Positions 44,440-55,320 of a DNA stretch of 64,000 nucleotides are shown piece after piece (within the stretch, counting starts at the first letter, position 1; every line of letters begins with the position of its first letter). The notes under the pieces were generated by a model that saw only the letters and a program-made list of their open reading frames with translations, was not told the DNA's origin and did no database searches. The position numbers were made by a program, and so were the translations under genes. Location: positions 3,203,725 to 3,267,724 of the forward strand of contig CAVWXK010000001.1 of assembly GCA_963759165.1 (NCBI GenBank). Direction: 5' to 3'. Source of the DNA: an uncultured Pseudomonadota bacterium. Its GTDB lineage: Bacteria; Desulfobacterota; Binatia; Binatales; Binataceae.

Positions 44440-45060
44440 TTATCGTTTCGAATCGGGGCCGGACGGTTGCGAAGGACGGTCCGACAGCAGACGAATCTGG
44501 GCATCAATCGCGGAGAACAGCGGCTGCGCCGACGACGCTGAGTAGTCGCCAATCGCGATCGCCTGAACCCTGGAATCCGGCCCGACCAGAAGCACCGCCG
44601 CATGATCGATCGGGGCGCCGATTTTCTTGCCGAGATCGCCCCGCCAATCGAGCAGCACTTCATCTCCGCCGCCCATCAGCCTGACCATCTTCGCCACCAG
44701 AGTTTCCGGCACCAGGAGCGGCTTCCTGCTTAAATCGAGCACCGGCACGATCAGAATCGGTTCGCCTTTTTCCTCATCCCATCGCGCGACATTGTCGCCG
44801 TAGCGATCGCTGATCGCGTCGCCCCATCGGCGGGTTTGATCCGCATTTTGGCGACTGCTGCTGAAGATGAGCAGCGCGCGACGAATCGGGGTCCTGAATT
44901 CGCGCCCGGCGACGTCGTGCATCCCGGAGAGCTCGAGATGGCCGCCTTTCGTAAGCGCGGGGCCGGCGACAGCGGCGCCGATGATCGCGAATATCGCGAC
45001 CAGAACCAGCAGCGCGAAGCGACGCGAACGTTTGGTCATCAAGCGCGAAATGGCCGCCAC
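44440..45060 (-). CDS. Hypothetical exported protein, thioredoxin-like fold suspected
   Basis: Signal/TM; VLLDWRGDL..AAVLLVGPDSRV resembles the end of a redoxin fold; no Cys. Confidence 0.55.
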   Translation of the reverse strand: MAAISRLMTKRSRRFALLVLVAIFAIIGAAVAGPALTKGGHLELSGMHDVAGREFRTPIRRALLIFSSSRQNADQTRRWGDAISDRYGDNVARWDEEKGEPILIVPVLDLSRKPLLVPETLVAKMVRLMGGGDEVLLDWRGDLGKKIGAPIDHAAVLLVGPDSRVQAIAIGDYSASSAQPLFSAIDAQIRLLSDRPSQPSGPDSKR

Positions 45061-45591
45061 CTAATCCGGCAGCGCCCCAAGGGCCCGCTCGAATTCATCG
45101 AGCGCCGCCTTGTCGAACAGCACTATCTCGACCTTATGCAGCGAAGTCCGGCTTTTGAGATGGTCGCGGATTTCGTCCAGCATCACCTCGGCGCATCGCC
45201 GCATCGGGAAGCCCGCGACGCCGGTCCCGATCGCCGGAAAGGCGAGCGACTTGAGTTTGTTTTCGATAGCGCGCTTGAGCGCGTTGCGCGTGGCCCGGCG
45301 CAGCATCGCCTCCGACGTGAGGCCGCCGAGCTGCATGCTCGCCGCGTGGATCACGAATCGCGCCTTGAGCTTGCCGCCGCCGGTAATCGCGGCTTCGCCC
45401 AGCGGAATCGGCCCGACACGGTCGCATTCGATCTGGATTTGAGGGCCGCCTTTCTTGCGAATCGCGCCGGCGACGCCGGCTCCCAGTTTCAGTTCGCTGT
45501 TGGCGGCGTTGACGATCGCGTCGGTGGCGGCGTCGGTCAGATCGCCCTGACGCAGCAAAATTCTGGAACGCCATCCCATGCTCATAAGCAT
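45061..45591 (-). CDS. Macro domain protein (O-acetyl-ADP-ribose deacetylase/YmdB-like)
   Basis: GDLT..DAIVNAAN, GAGVAGAI, VIHA, AFPAIGTGVAG. Confidence 0.9.
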   Translation of the reverse strand: MLMSMGWRSRILLRQGDLTDAATDAIVNAANSELKLGAGVAGAIRKKGGPQIQIECDRVGPIPLGEAAITGGGKLKARFVIHAASMQLGGLTSEAMLRRATRNALKRAIENKLKSLAFPAIGTGVAGFPMRRCAEVMLDEIRDHLKSRTSLHKVEIVLFDKAALDEFERALGALPD

Positions 45592-45729
45592 TTCTCTCCT
45601 GCCTGCCCCCCAATCTTACCTTATAGATCCGCTATTATCGCAGCCCTCGGATGAACCCAAGGGCGGGAAGCTGGAAGAGCACCGGGGGATCGAGGACGGC
45701 TCCGGCACAGTGGCCGACGTAAATCGGTG

Positions 45730-45771
45730 CCCTCATCCTGACCCTCTCCCGCGAAAACGCGGGCGAGGGGA
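45730..45771 (+). repeat. REP-like element, family B
   Basis: CCCTCATCCTGACCCTCTCCCGCG-AAAA-CGCGGGCGAGGGGA downstream of recA. Confidence 0.65.
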
Positions 45772-45809
45772 ACAGGAAAAGGCGGCCTTCGGATTATGGA
45801 ATGCCGCGG

Positions 45810-46904
<1,095 letters not shown>

Positions 46905-47192
46905 GGTTTGATATCCCCCCGATACTCCTTGCCGTTCGCTTCTTCGAACCGTCCGCCGCAAACGCCGGCTAGAGTTGTATCAAACTCCGGCGCCACGGGC
47001 ATCCCCGCGGCATTCCATGCCGGCGGGGCAATCGCTGGCGCTCCTCGCAGTGCACAAGCCGCGGCTGTCGGTCTCGCTGCGCCATATAGAGAGCTTTTCC
47101 CGTGCCTCTCCCGGATCAGGGAGCGGCGGCCGAGCGCTGCAGCGCGAGGCGGAGAGGGTTGTAAAGCCTGAGTTGCCCCAACACGGCCCCGT

Positions 47193-47224
47193 CCCTCACC
47201 CTCTCCCGGGTCAGGGAGAGGGGA
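47193..47224 (+). repeat. REP-like element, family B
   Basis: CCCTCACCCTCTCCC-GGGTCA-GGGAGAGGGGA downstream of thpR. Confidence 0.6.
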
Positions 47225-47251
47225 CAGATAGTAACGCCTCCTATGTGCACG

Positions 47252-47830
47252 CTACCCTAACCTAAACTCCGCCAGCGCCTGGTAAATCGACCCTTCGGGC
47301 GCGAGGATGCTGCGATAGAGCATCATCGAGTCGATTCGCGAAGTCCCGAAATCATGCTCCGCCCACTCCGCGAGCGCGCGGGCGGTCTGGCGCCATCCAT
47401 AGAATCCGCGCACCCGGCCCACAGTAAGATGAGGCGCAAAGGGGCGGCGCTCGGGCGCGAAGCCGGTGCTAACCGCGGCAGCCTCGACCCGCCCCGCGAG
47501 AGTGATTAGCTCCGGGCTTTCAAGCCCGACCCATACCACACGCGCGTTGTGCAAATCGGGAAAGGCGCCGATTCCACGGACCGCGATCGCAAAGGGGACG
47601 GTTTCAGCGGCGACCTTGATCAGCTCGCTCTTGAGCGTTTCGACCTTCCCGATATCGACCTGGTCGCCGAGGAAGCGCAGCGTCAGATGGAAGTTGGCGG
47701 GCTTGACCCAGCTCACGCGCGCGCCGAGCGCGCCGATCTTGCCGACGAACTCAGCCAGCGCCTCGATTACTTCGGGGCTGAGGCGCAACGCGACGAAGGC
47801 GCGAATCTTCGCGGGGAGTTCTTCAGGCAC
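47252..47830 (-). CDS. thpR: RNA 2',3'-cyclic phosphodiesterase (2H family)
   Basis: Two HLT motifs (FHLTLRFLG, PHLTVGR); upstream of recA. Confidence 0.92.
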   Translation of the reverse strand: MPEELPAKIRAFVALRLSPEVIEALAEFVGKIGALGARVSWVKPANFHLTLRFLGDQVDIGKVETLKSELIKVAAETVPFAIAVRGIGAFPDLHNARVVWVGLESPELITLAGRVEAAAVSTGFAPERRPFAPHLTVGRVRGFYGWRQTARALAEWAEHDFGTSRIDSMMLYRSILAPEGSIYQALAEFRLG

Positions 47831-47838
47831 AGCCCATC

Positions 47839-48444
47839 CTACGGTGCCGCTGAAAGCGCGTGCTCAACCAGGATCAGCCGGTCGTTGCCGAAGAACATCG
47901 AGCCGTCGACGAACATCGTCGGCGAGCCGAAGCCGCCGCGCGCGATCAGATCCTCGGTATTGGCTCGGAGCTTCTGCTTGTATTCTTCCCGCCCGATCTT
48001 GTCGAAAAATTCGGCCTCGTCGAGACCAACCGCCCGGACGATATCGCGCATCACCGCATCCTGGCCGATATCGCGATCCTCGCCCCAATAGCTCTCGAAC
48101 ACTCGGCGTGAGTAAGGAGAAATCCTGCCATGCTCTTCGGCGACGAAAGCTCCGCGCATCGCCTTGACCGAATTGACCGGGAATACCGAGGGATTGCCGA
48201 TCTTGAGGCCGTAGAACGCGGCCCAATCCTGAAGATCCTTTGCGGCGTACTGCTGCTTGGCTTTCACCGGATGGGCGCGGTTTTCATACACCGAGGGATT
48301 GACCGCGTTGAAAACTCCGCCTACCAGAATCGGCTTCCAGATGAGATCGGCGCGGCATCGCCGCGCCAGCTCCTCGATTCTGGTGAACGCGAGGTAGGTC
48401 CACGGACTTGAGCAGTCGTAAAAAAACTCGAGCTTTTTCGCCAT
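47839..48444 (-). CDS. 2-hydroxychromene-2-carboxylate isomerase / DsbA family protein
   Basis: FFYDCSSPWTYL, FGSPTMFV, FFGNDRL. Confidence 0.9.
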   Translation of the reverse strand: MAKKLEFFYDCSSPWTYLAFTRIEELARRCRADLIWKPILVGGVFNAVNPSVYENRAHPVKAKQQYAAKDLQDWAAFYGLKIGNPSVFPVNSVKAMRGAFVAEEHGRISPYSRRVFESYWGEDRDIGQDAVMRDIVRAVGLDEAEFFDKIGREEYKQKLRANTEDLIARGGFGSPTMFVDGSMFFGNDRLILVEHALSAAP

Positions 48445-48479
48445 CGATTATTCTCCTCGTACCGGCACGGGGTACTGCC

Positions 48480-49388
48480 TCACGGCCGGTCGTTGGCCAG
48501 ACTCTCCGTTGGTTTCGGATGCGCCAAATCGGGAGGGGTGGCCGGGGTGCTATCGTCCACCTGAATCAGGTCCGCGGTGATATAGCCGACAAATACCGCC
48601 GTTTGCACGCGCAGCGGCAAATGGCGCGCGTCGGCGGAGACCCAGAGCGTCGCCTCGCGCACCTTGCCGCGGACCTCGGCGTCGCTGACATAAAGGATGG
48701 TCGGCGTTATCCGCAGCGCGTCGAAATCGCCGAGGGCGACGCGGACCCGCTCGCGCCGGTCGACCTTCAGAGCGACCACGTAGCGATTGTGCCCGCCAAA
48801 AACGTCGAAGACGAGCGTCTGGCCGACCTCGAGCGGCTGCGATAGCGCCATCAGAGAGCCCGAGATCGGCCCCATCGGATGGAGCGAACGGAACTCGACC
48901 GTTTCGCTCTTTTGCTTGTGCCGCTTGACCATCCTGACCATGCCGCTTGCGGAATCAAAGTTGATTAAATATTCGTGAAGACGCTGGTTCTCGGACTGCT
49001 TGATATATATGTCGCGAGGGACAAGCGAGCGGTGGGCGAAGTTCTCGCGCATGTAATCGCGCGTCTTGAACAGCAGATCGACCAGCTCATTGGTGGAAAT
49101 TCGCGCCTCGCCGGTCCAAAGCTCCGGATTGGCGGGATTTCCATGCATGTCGATGGTGGCTCCCGCAGCGGGGATTCCCGCCCAGGAGATCTGATAGGTA
49201 AGGCTCTGGCCCGGATGAAAAGGGACCTTAACCGGCGTGTAGCCAGGTATCTTGAGGTCGGCGGGCGCTTGTCCGAACAGCTCGGCGGATGCCGTCGCGC
49301 CCGCTAACAGGATAAAAGCGGTAAAGATTAACCGTTTGAAAAACGCGGCCGGTTGCCGTACGGGTGTCGGCTGATCTTGCAATCGCAT
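48480..49388 (-). CDS. DUF3108-like exported protein
   Basis: LTYQISWAGIPAA, LGDFDALRI, LWVSADARHLPLRV. Start set at ATG 49388 because the ORF-track extension overlaps the divergent gene. Confidence 0.75.
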   Translation of the reverse strand: MRLQDQPTPVRQPAAFFKRLIFTAFILLAGATASAELFGQAPADLKIPGYTPVKVPFHPGQSLTYQISWAGIPAAGATIDMHGNPANPELWTGEARISTNELVDLLFKTRDYMRENFAHRSLVPRDIYIKQSENQRLHEYLINFDSASGMVRMVKRHKQKSETVEFRSLHPMGPISGSLMALSQPLEVGQTLVFDVFGGHNRYVVALKVDRRERVRVALGDFDALRITPTILYVSDAEVRGKVREATLWVSADARHLPLRVQTAVFVGYITADLIQVDDSTPATPPDLAHPKPTESLANDRP

Positions 49389-49431
49389 CGTATATGACCG
49401 ATCATTTTGACTGATTGCGGAGGTACGCGAA

Positions 49432-50190
49432 ATGAGAGGCAGGGCCATCCTTGCATTCGCGGCGGCTGGGGTGTTCGGCCTGCTGATGGCGCCGGGTTTT
49501 GCCCGTGCCCAGATGGGCTCTTCGGTTATGAACAACCCGATGCTGCACACCAATGACCAGTTGGACGACAGCGGGCGGCGGGCCGGCAAGGAAACCGCCG
49601 AAAACATTATCCGGGACGCTACCAAGGGCATCGAGGACGCCTCGCCCAAGGTTCGCGTCGACACTCTGGTCAAACTGCGCTTCCTACAGCATCCCCAGGT
49701 CAACGACTTCCTGATGAGAGGGCTGAGCGACCCCGACGTTCGGGTGAAGGTCAAGGCGATCGACATCCTGGGCGCGCGCCAGACCACGATTGCCGTCCCG
49801 ACCATGAGCCAATACCTGTTTCTGCGCTCCACCGAGCCGGTGGTTAAGCTGCATATCGCGGCGGCGCTGGGCCGGATCGGCGATGCGCGCGGGACGCTGC
49901 CGGTGATGCAGTTTCTTGACGAGTCGACCGACGAGCGCAGCCGCGGCACTGCGGTCTATGCCCTGGGTGAGCTGGGCGACGCGCAGGCGAACGACCTTCT
50001 GACCAGAACCGCTACTGAAGATCCCAGCTCGATGGTGCGGCAGTTGGCCAAGGAAGCGCTGGAAAAAATCCAGGGCGAGCTGCCGACCCAGATGTCGATC
50101 CAAAAAGCCAAGGCCGACAAAAGCCGCCTGCCCACCGACGAGCGGCTGTCCAAGCTTCGCCAGATGGACGCCGAGATGCACAAGCCCTAG
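49432..50190 (+). CDS. Exported HEAT-repeat protein
   Basis: Signal peptide; DPDVRVKVKAIDILG, AAALGRIGD, AVYALGELGD, DPSSMVRQLAKEAL. Confidence 0.8.
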   Translation: MRGRAILAFAAAGVFGLLMAPGFARAQMGSSVMNNPMLHTNDQLDDSGRRAGKETAENIIRDATKGIEDASPKVRVDTLVKLRFLQHPQVNDFLMRGLSDPDVRVKVKAIDILGARQTTIAVPTMSQYLFLRSTEPVVKLHIAAALGRIGDARGTLPVMQFLDESTDERSRGTAVYALGELGDAQANDLLTRTATEDPSSMVRQLAKEALEKIQGELPTQMSIQKAKADKSRLPTDERLSKLRQMDAEMHKP

Positions 50191-50195
50191 TTGCC

Positions 50196-50990
50196 ATGCC
50201 GGTCGGGCCAAGTCTGCGTAGCGCACTTGTCGCGTTGGCCGTGATGGTTTCGGTTGCCGGCGTACGGGCCGGTGAAGCCGGGCCCTTGGTGTCGCGCCCG
50301 GCCGACGGCACAACAGCGGATTCATCGTCCAGCCACAACACACCGGGTCTCGACGGCGCCGCGTCGTCTTCCGCTCTGCGCGCCAACGACGGCACCGCGA
50401 CTCTGGGCGCGGCCGAGATGGACGGCAAAAGGCCCGCCGCTACGGCGGCTTCGCAACTGCTGGACTGGCTTGGGCCGCTGAAAGAGCTGACTCCGGGCGA
50501 GCGCGAGCTGCGCCTCACCACCGACGACTCGTTTTTGAACCCACTAAAGTGGAATGTAACGGTCTACAAGTCCCGCCATCAATTGGTGGTTTACTACAAG
50601 GGACGGATGTTCAAGACCTATCATGCGGTGTTCGGCCGCAATCCGGACGGCGCCAAGCGATGGGAGGGAGACCTGCGCACGCCAGAGGGCGTGTATATCA
50701 TCGTCGGCAAGTACAAGCATCCCCGATGGAAGTGGTTTCTGCGACTCAACTATCCAAATTTCGTCGATCGCGAGCGGTACGACACGATGCTGCATGACGG
50801 GATGGTGCCGGCGGTGCACGGCCAGCGCCGTCAGGTCGGCAGCGCGATCGGAATCCACGGCACCGACCGGCCGCGCTTCAATCGGACCGAGATCAACTGG
50901 ACCGCGGGCTGCATCTCGGTGGATAACGACGCGATCGTCGAGATCGATCACCTGTTGCCGATCGACACCCTGGTTATAATCAAGCCCTAG
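50196..50990 (+). CDS. L,D-transpeptidase (YkuD family)
   Basis: GDLRTPEGVY, LNYPN, IGIHGT...WTAGCISV. Confidence 0.88.
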   Translation: MPVGPSLRSALVALAVMVSVAGVRAGEAGPLVSRPADGTTADSSSSHNTPGLDGAASSSALRANDGTATLGAAEMDGKRPAATAASQLLDWLGPLKELTPGERELRLTTDDSFLNPLKWNVTVYKSRHQLVVYYKGRMFKTYHAVFGRNPDGAKRWEGDLRTPEGVYIIVGKYKHPRWKWFLRLNYPNFVDRERYDTMLHDGMVPAVHGQRRQVGSAIGIHGTDRPRFNRTEINWTAGCISVDNDAIVEIDHLLPIDTLVIIKP

Positions 50991-51033
50991 GCGCGATGGC
51001 AGCGGACGGCATTTGTGCCGATACAATCGATAA

Positions 51034-51077
51034 CGCGTGCAATCGCGATTCGAAATTTCGAATCGCGATTGCACGCG
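51034..51077. repeat. Perfect 44-bp palindrome between convergent genes
   Basis: CGCGTGCAATCGCGATTCGAAA|TTTCGAATCGCGATTGCACGCG, no spacer. Confidence 0.9.
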
Positions 51078-51083
51078 GTCGCT

Positions 51084-51887
51084 TCAGGCAGGTTTGGCGG
51101 CAGCCGCAACTTTGCGCCGGCGATACTTCTCCACCATGTACGCGCCCGCGGCGACCGAGCCACCGTCCACCACCAGCACTGCGCCGTTTATAAATTCCGA
51201 TTCCGGCGAGGCGAGGAACAGCGCGGCATGGGCGATCTCTTCAACCTTGCCGAGACGGGTGATCGGCAGGTGCTGCGCGCGCTCGCGAAGCGTCTCCTCC
51301 GGCCATGCGAGCAGCAGTTCGGTCGCGACCGGCCCCGGCGCGATAGCGTTGATCGTGATTCCATAGTCTGCCAATTCCAGCGCCCCCGCCCGGGTCATCC
51401 CCATGATCCCGGCCTTGGCCGCGCCGTAGGGAACCAGATCGATCGGCCCCATCAATCCGGCCACCGAGGCGATATTGACGATGCGCCCGTATTTGCGTTT
51501 CGCCATCTCGCGCCCTGCCGCCTGGGCGCAATAAAAAGATCCGAACAGATGGACGTGAAGATGATTCTCCCAGTTCTCGCGCGTGACCTCCAAAAAAGGC
51601 TGGGCCTTCGCGATCCCGGCGTTGTTCACCAGGATGTCGAGCTTGCCGAGAGCGGCGACCGTCTCGCGGACCATCGTCTGCACCTGGTCGTAGTTGCTGA
51701 CGTCGGTGTGATGGACGATCGCGCGGCGGCCGAGCTTCTTGATCTCCTCTGCCGCGGTTTGCGCCCACTCGCGGTTTACATCCACGATCGCGATATCGGC
51801 GCCCTCCCTGGCGAATCGCAAGGCGATCGCCTTGCCGATTCCACGACCGCTGCCGGTGACGAGCGCAACCTGACCCTGTAGCTGCAT
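51084..51887 (-). CDS. SDR family oxidoreductase (FabG-like)
   Basis: TGSGRGIG, NNAG, YGAAK, INAIAPG. Confidence 0.92.
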   Translation of the reverse strand: MQLQGQVALVTGSGRGIGKAIALRFAREGADIAIVDVNREWAQTAAEEIKKLGRRAIVHHTDVSNYDQVQTMVRETVAALGKLDILVNNAGIAKAQPFLEVTRENWENHLHVHLFGSFYCAQAAGREMAKRKYGRIVNIASVAGLMGPIDLVPYGAAKAGIMGMTRAGALELADYGITINAIAPGPVATELLLAWPEETLRERAQHLPITRLGKVEEIAHAALFLASPESEFINGAVLVVDGGSVAAGAYMVEKYRRRKVAAAAKPA

Positions 51888-52164
51888 GGTCCACCTCTTC
51901 TGGGGCAGTTCCCCAGGTTGTTTTATTGGAGCTTGAGTACCTCGGTTGCGCCGCTCCGGTAAAGCGACGCTTGGCCGGAAAGCGATGCGAAATAAGTCGG
52001 CCCGGCGATCGCGATTTCATTGACGCCGGATCGAAATTAGAACTGTTTACAAAAATGCAAAAATTTATTAGTTGGGTTAATGTTTCGGCGGTTTGAGAAT
52101 TCGATCGCCGGCTTACGGCGCCCTGAACGCAAACGCGACTTTCGGGAATCGGAGGTACGAGACC

Positions 52165-53394
52165 ATGGAATTCGTCGAATACGATCTGACGCTGACCGAT
52201 GAGCAGCGCGAGATTCGCAACACCGCCCGCAAATTCGCGCGCGAAGTGCTGCGGCCGGTCGGTATCGCGCTCGACAAGATGGCGCCTGAAGCCGTGATCG
52301 CTTCCGGCTCCCCCTTCTACAGCGTGCTGCGCCAGGCGCACGAGTTGGGTTTCGACCGGATGTCCGGTTTGCCCGAACAAGGCGGCTTGGGAGCGTCGCC
52401 GCTGACCCAGCAGATCGTGCTCGAGGAACTGTCATGGGGAAACGCGGGACTGGCGGGATCGATCCTGCTCTCGGCCTTCCCGCCCGAAGCCGCGATGGCG
52501 ACCATGAATCCCGAACTCATCGAAGAGTTCGCCGCGCCGCATTACGCAGGGTCGGGTCCGCTAAGGATCGGCGCCTGGGCGATCACGGAACCCGATCACG
52601 GATCGGACCAACTCGGTCTTTCGCGCCCGGAACTGCGAGTGAAGGGGCCGGGCCAGCTCGTCGCGCGGCGCGACGGAGATTCGTGGGTGCTCAACGGCCA
52701 GAAATCGGCGTGGGTATCCAACGGCCCGATCGCCACTCACGCGGTGTTGTTCCTCAATCTTGAGCCGAACAACGGGCTGGAGCGCGGCGGCGTATCTATC
52801 CTGCCGCTGAATCTGCCCGGCATTTCCCGGGGCAAGCCGCTCGACAAGCACGGGCTGCGCGCGCTGCCTCAGGGCGAGATCTACTTCGACGACGTGCGCC
52901 TGCCGCGCCGCTATATGACTATCGAAGCCGACGCATACTCGATGTACCTCGACGCGACGCTGACCGCTTTCAACGCCGGCGTCAGCGCGATGGGGGCCGG
53001 GATGGCGCGCGCCGCGTTCGACTGTGCGCTCGCCTACACCAAGGAGCGCGTTCAGGGCGGGCGGCCGATTTTCGACCATCAGTCGGTGCGCGCGCGGCTG
53101 TTCCGGATGTTCTCGCTCGTGCAGGCCTGCGAAGCGTTGTCGCGCAGCGTCTACGTTTACAACCTCACGCAGCTGCACAACGGCCAGCCCGGACTGCTCC
53201 ATCATTCGATCGCGGCCAAAGTGTTCTGCACCGACGCGGCGCTCGAAGTCGCCACACTCGCGGTGCAGCTCCACGGCGGCAACGGGATGACCAAGGAGTA
53301 TCCGGTCGAGATGCTGCTGCGAGACGCGACCGCCTGCACGATCGCCGACGGCGAGAACGCGTTCCTGAGTCAGGTCGGCGCCTCGATGCTCTGA
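52165..53394 (+). CDS. Acyl-CoA dehydrogenase family protein
   Basis: WAITEPDHGSD, LNGQKSAWVSNG, ERVQGG, QLHGGNG; ATG 52165 after GGAGG. Confidence 0.9.
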   Translation: MEFVEYDLTLTDEQREIRNTARKFAREVLRPVGIALDKMAPEAVIASGSPFYSVLRQAHELGFDRMSGLPEQGGLGASPLTQQIVLEELSWGNAGLAGSILLSAFPPEAAMATMNPELIEEFAAPHYAGSGPLRIGAWAITEPDHGSDQLGLSRPELRVKGPGQLVARRDGDSWVLNGQKSAWVSNGPIATHAVLFLNLEPNNGLERGGVSILPLNLPGISRGKPLDKHGLRALPQGEIYFDDVRLPRRYMTIEADAYSMYLDATLTAFNAGVSAMGAGMARAAFDCALAYTKERVQGGRPIFDHQSVRARLFRMFSLVQACEALSRSVYVYNLTQLHNGQPGLLHHSIAAKVFCTDAALEVATLAVQLHGGNGMTKEYPVEMLLRDATACTIADGENAFLSQVGASML

Positions 53395-53703
53395 TCGGGT
53401 GCGTGTCCGACATATTCTTCGTGGGCTGGGGCGACGGGGCTACCTAGTATTGGGTCTTACGCTGGATCTAATGCTAGGGCGTTGGTTCGAATTCTGCAGG
53501 AGGCGCCAACAAAATCAAGAGTTTTTTGTTCGGCTGAAGGCCGCACGGCCTGCGCTCTGCGCTAACTGATGACCCTTGTCCGGGCCCTGGGTGCCGGAGC
53601 TGTTGGTTGGGGGAGGTGGGAGAATTAGCGGGTTTGGAACCACCTACCTTCTTGTTGGAGGTGGAAGGCGGCGGCTAGATTATGTGACAGGGGAGAATAC
53701 TCG

Positions 53704-54303
53704 ATGCCAAACGACATTGACTCGGACGTGCCGCAGGACGAATTCGGGGTTCTCGCCCAGGTATTGGATGCGCTCAAGAAACTAAACGCCGAGGATAGGG
53801 AGCGCATTCTCCGGACGGTCGCGACGTTCTTCGGATTATCTGTCGGAGTATTCTCGCAGCCCTCTGCCGGCCGCGCCGAGTCGGCCTCCTCGGCCGAGTC
53901 CTCGTTTTCTGAGGATCGCTCCATCTCTCCGAAGCAGTTCCTACTCGAGAAATCACCGCGTACTGATGTCGAACGAGTCGCGTGTTTGGGTTTTTATCTG
54001 GCCCACTATCGCGACACACCCCACTTCAAGACCCTTGATATAAGCAAGCTCAACACAGAGGCTGCACAGGTCAAGTTCGCTAACGCAGCGTACGCGGTAG
54101 CCAATGCAACCAAGATGAGGTATCTTGCGCCAGCGGCAAAAGGAACTAAGCAGCTGAGTGCCTTAGGTGAGAATTTTGTTCTCGCCCTGCCGGATCGCGA
54201 AAAGGCAAAGGCTGCTATGGCGCAGATGCGACTGCGACGGCGTTCCCGTAGAACGAGCCAACCGAACCCTAAACAGTCTGACGACAGCACGTCCAACAGC
54301 TAA
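53704..54303 (+). CDS. Hypothetical protein, putative C-terminal winged-helix domain
   Basis: GGAG RBS; helical N-domain, Ser-rich linker, SPKQFL..K..TDVERVACLGFYL...QLSALGENFV; stop overlaps the next ATG (TAATG). Confidence 0.7.
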   Translation: MPNDIDSDVPQDEFGVLAQVLDALKKLNAEDRERILRTVATFFGLSVGVFSQPSAGRAESASSAESSFSEDRSISPKQFLLEKSPRTDVERVACLGFYLAHYRDTPHFKTLDISKLNTEAAQVKFANAAYAVANATKMRYLAPAAKGTKQLSALGENFVLALPDREKAKAAMAQMRLRRRSRRTSQPNPKQSDDSTSNS

Positions 54304-55319
54304 TGTCCGCCCATCCAGGTATGCAGGAGAAACGCAACTCGGTCCGGCTTGCGATCTTCAACCACAAAGGCGGCGTGGGCAAAACCACTCTTACGGTCAA
54401 CATCGCTGCAGCGCTCGCTTCCCTTGGGAAAAGAGTGCTTCTCGTCGATTCAGATCCGCAATGTAGCTTAAGCGCTTATTCAGTTGAGGAAGAGGTTCTC
54501 GACGACTTGCTCGACAACTCCGACAAGCCGTCCGGTCGTACTTTGTGGTCAGCAATTAGACCGGTTGTCGAGGCGACGGGGGATGTTCGACTTATCAAAC
54601 CTCTTGAGCGGACCGAAAACATTTTCCTTTTCCCCGGTGACATCCGCTTATCTGATTTCGAGGAACAGCTCTCTATGCTGTGGAGCGATTGCCTCCAAAG
54701 GAAATCTCGTGGATTTACGGGAACGAGCGCGCTAAGCTTTCTCATTGATGACGCCGAACGGCGACATAAAATCAACTTCACCTTCTATGATGCGGGGCCC
54801 AACATAGGCCCTCTCAATCGAATTATTCTGCTCGACTGCGACTACTTTATTGTCCCCGCCGCTTGCGATCTTTTTTCGGTCCGAGCTTTCAAGACCTTGG
54901 GGCATACCCTTGCTACTTGGATTCAGCACTGGAGTACTATCCTTGAGCTAGCGCCGTCGAATGCCCGTCTACTCCCAGGATCTCCGCGTTTTCTCGGATA
55001 CATTCCGCAACGATTCAAGACCTACCGCGGGCAGGTTAGCAAAGGCTACGCTGCCTATCTCCCTCGAATTGAAAAAAGCATTCGCAGTGATCTCGTCTCC
55101 GTCCTGCGTAATGTCGATAAGCGACTCGTCTCGTCAAACCTGGGCCAACACAAACTTGGAGAAGTGAAGGAGTTCGGCAGTATTGCCAATGCGTCGCAGG
55201 CGACAGGCGTTCCAATGAAGGATGTCTCAGCCGGCACAGCACAGCAAAGAGCGGACGCAGCTAAGACGTTCCTCGCGATTGCGCAGAACATCATAAGCCG
55301 CGCCGCCGGGCGGGTCTAG
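54303..55319 (+). CDS. ParA/MinD-family (AAA_31) ATPase
   Basis: Deviant Walker A NHKGGVGKTT, DSDPQCS, YDAGPNIGPLN. Confidence 0.9.
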   Translation: MSAHPGMQEKRNSVRLAIFNHKGGVGKTTLTVNIAAALASLGKRVLLVDSDPQCSLSAYSVEEEVLDDLLDNSDKPSGRTLWSAIRPVVEATGDVRLIKPLERTENIFLFPGDIRLSDFEEQLSMLWSDCLQRKSRGFTGTSALSFLIDDAERRHKINFTFYDAGPNIGPLNRIILLDCDYFIVPAACDLFSVRAFKTLGHTLATWIQHWSTILELAPSNARLLPGSPRFLGYIPQRFKTYRGQVSKGYAAYLPRIEKSIRSDLVSVLRNVDKRLVSSNLGQHKLGEVKEFGSIANASQATGVPMKDVSAGTAQQRADAAKTFLAIAQNIISRAAGRV

Positions 55320-55320
55320 G

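Noticed and set aside
45061-45591. Macrodomain as antitoxin for the putative ART toxin at 62.3 kb
   Set aside because: It is 17 kb away, has host-like GC and is an ordinary YmdB-type gene in a housekeeping context.
46934-46949. GTTC-N8-GAAC upstream of recA as a LexA box
   Set aside because: Spacing and orientation do not fit the LexA motifs I know; it may be just a small hairpin.
53420-53508. Intact tRNA gene
   Set aside because: Only a degenerate T-arm/CCA end; no acceptor-stem partner, D-arm or anticodon arm could be folded.
54303-55319. ParA as a chromosome or plasmid partition gene
   Set aside because: No parB or parS nearby, longer than typical Soj, and coupled to an SAS gene in a low-GC islet.
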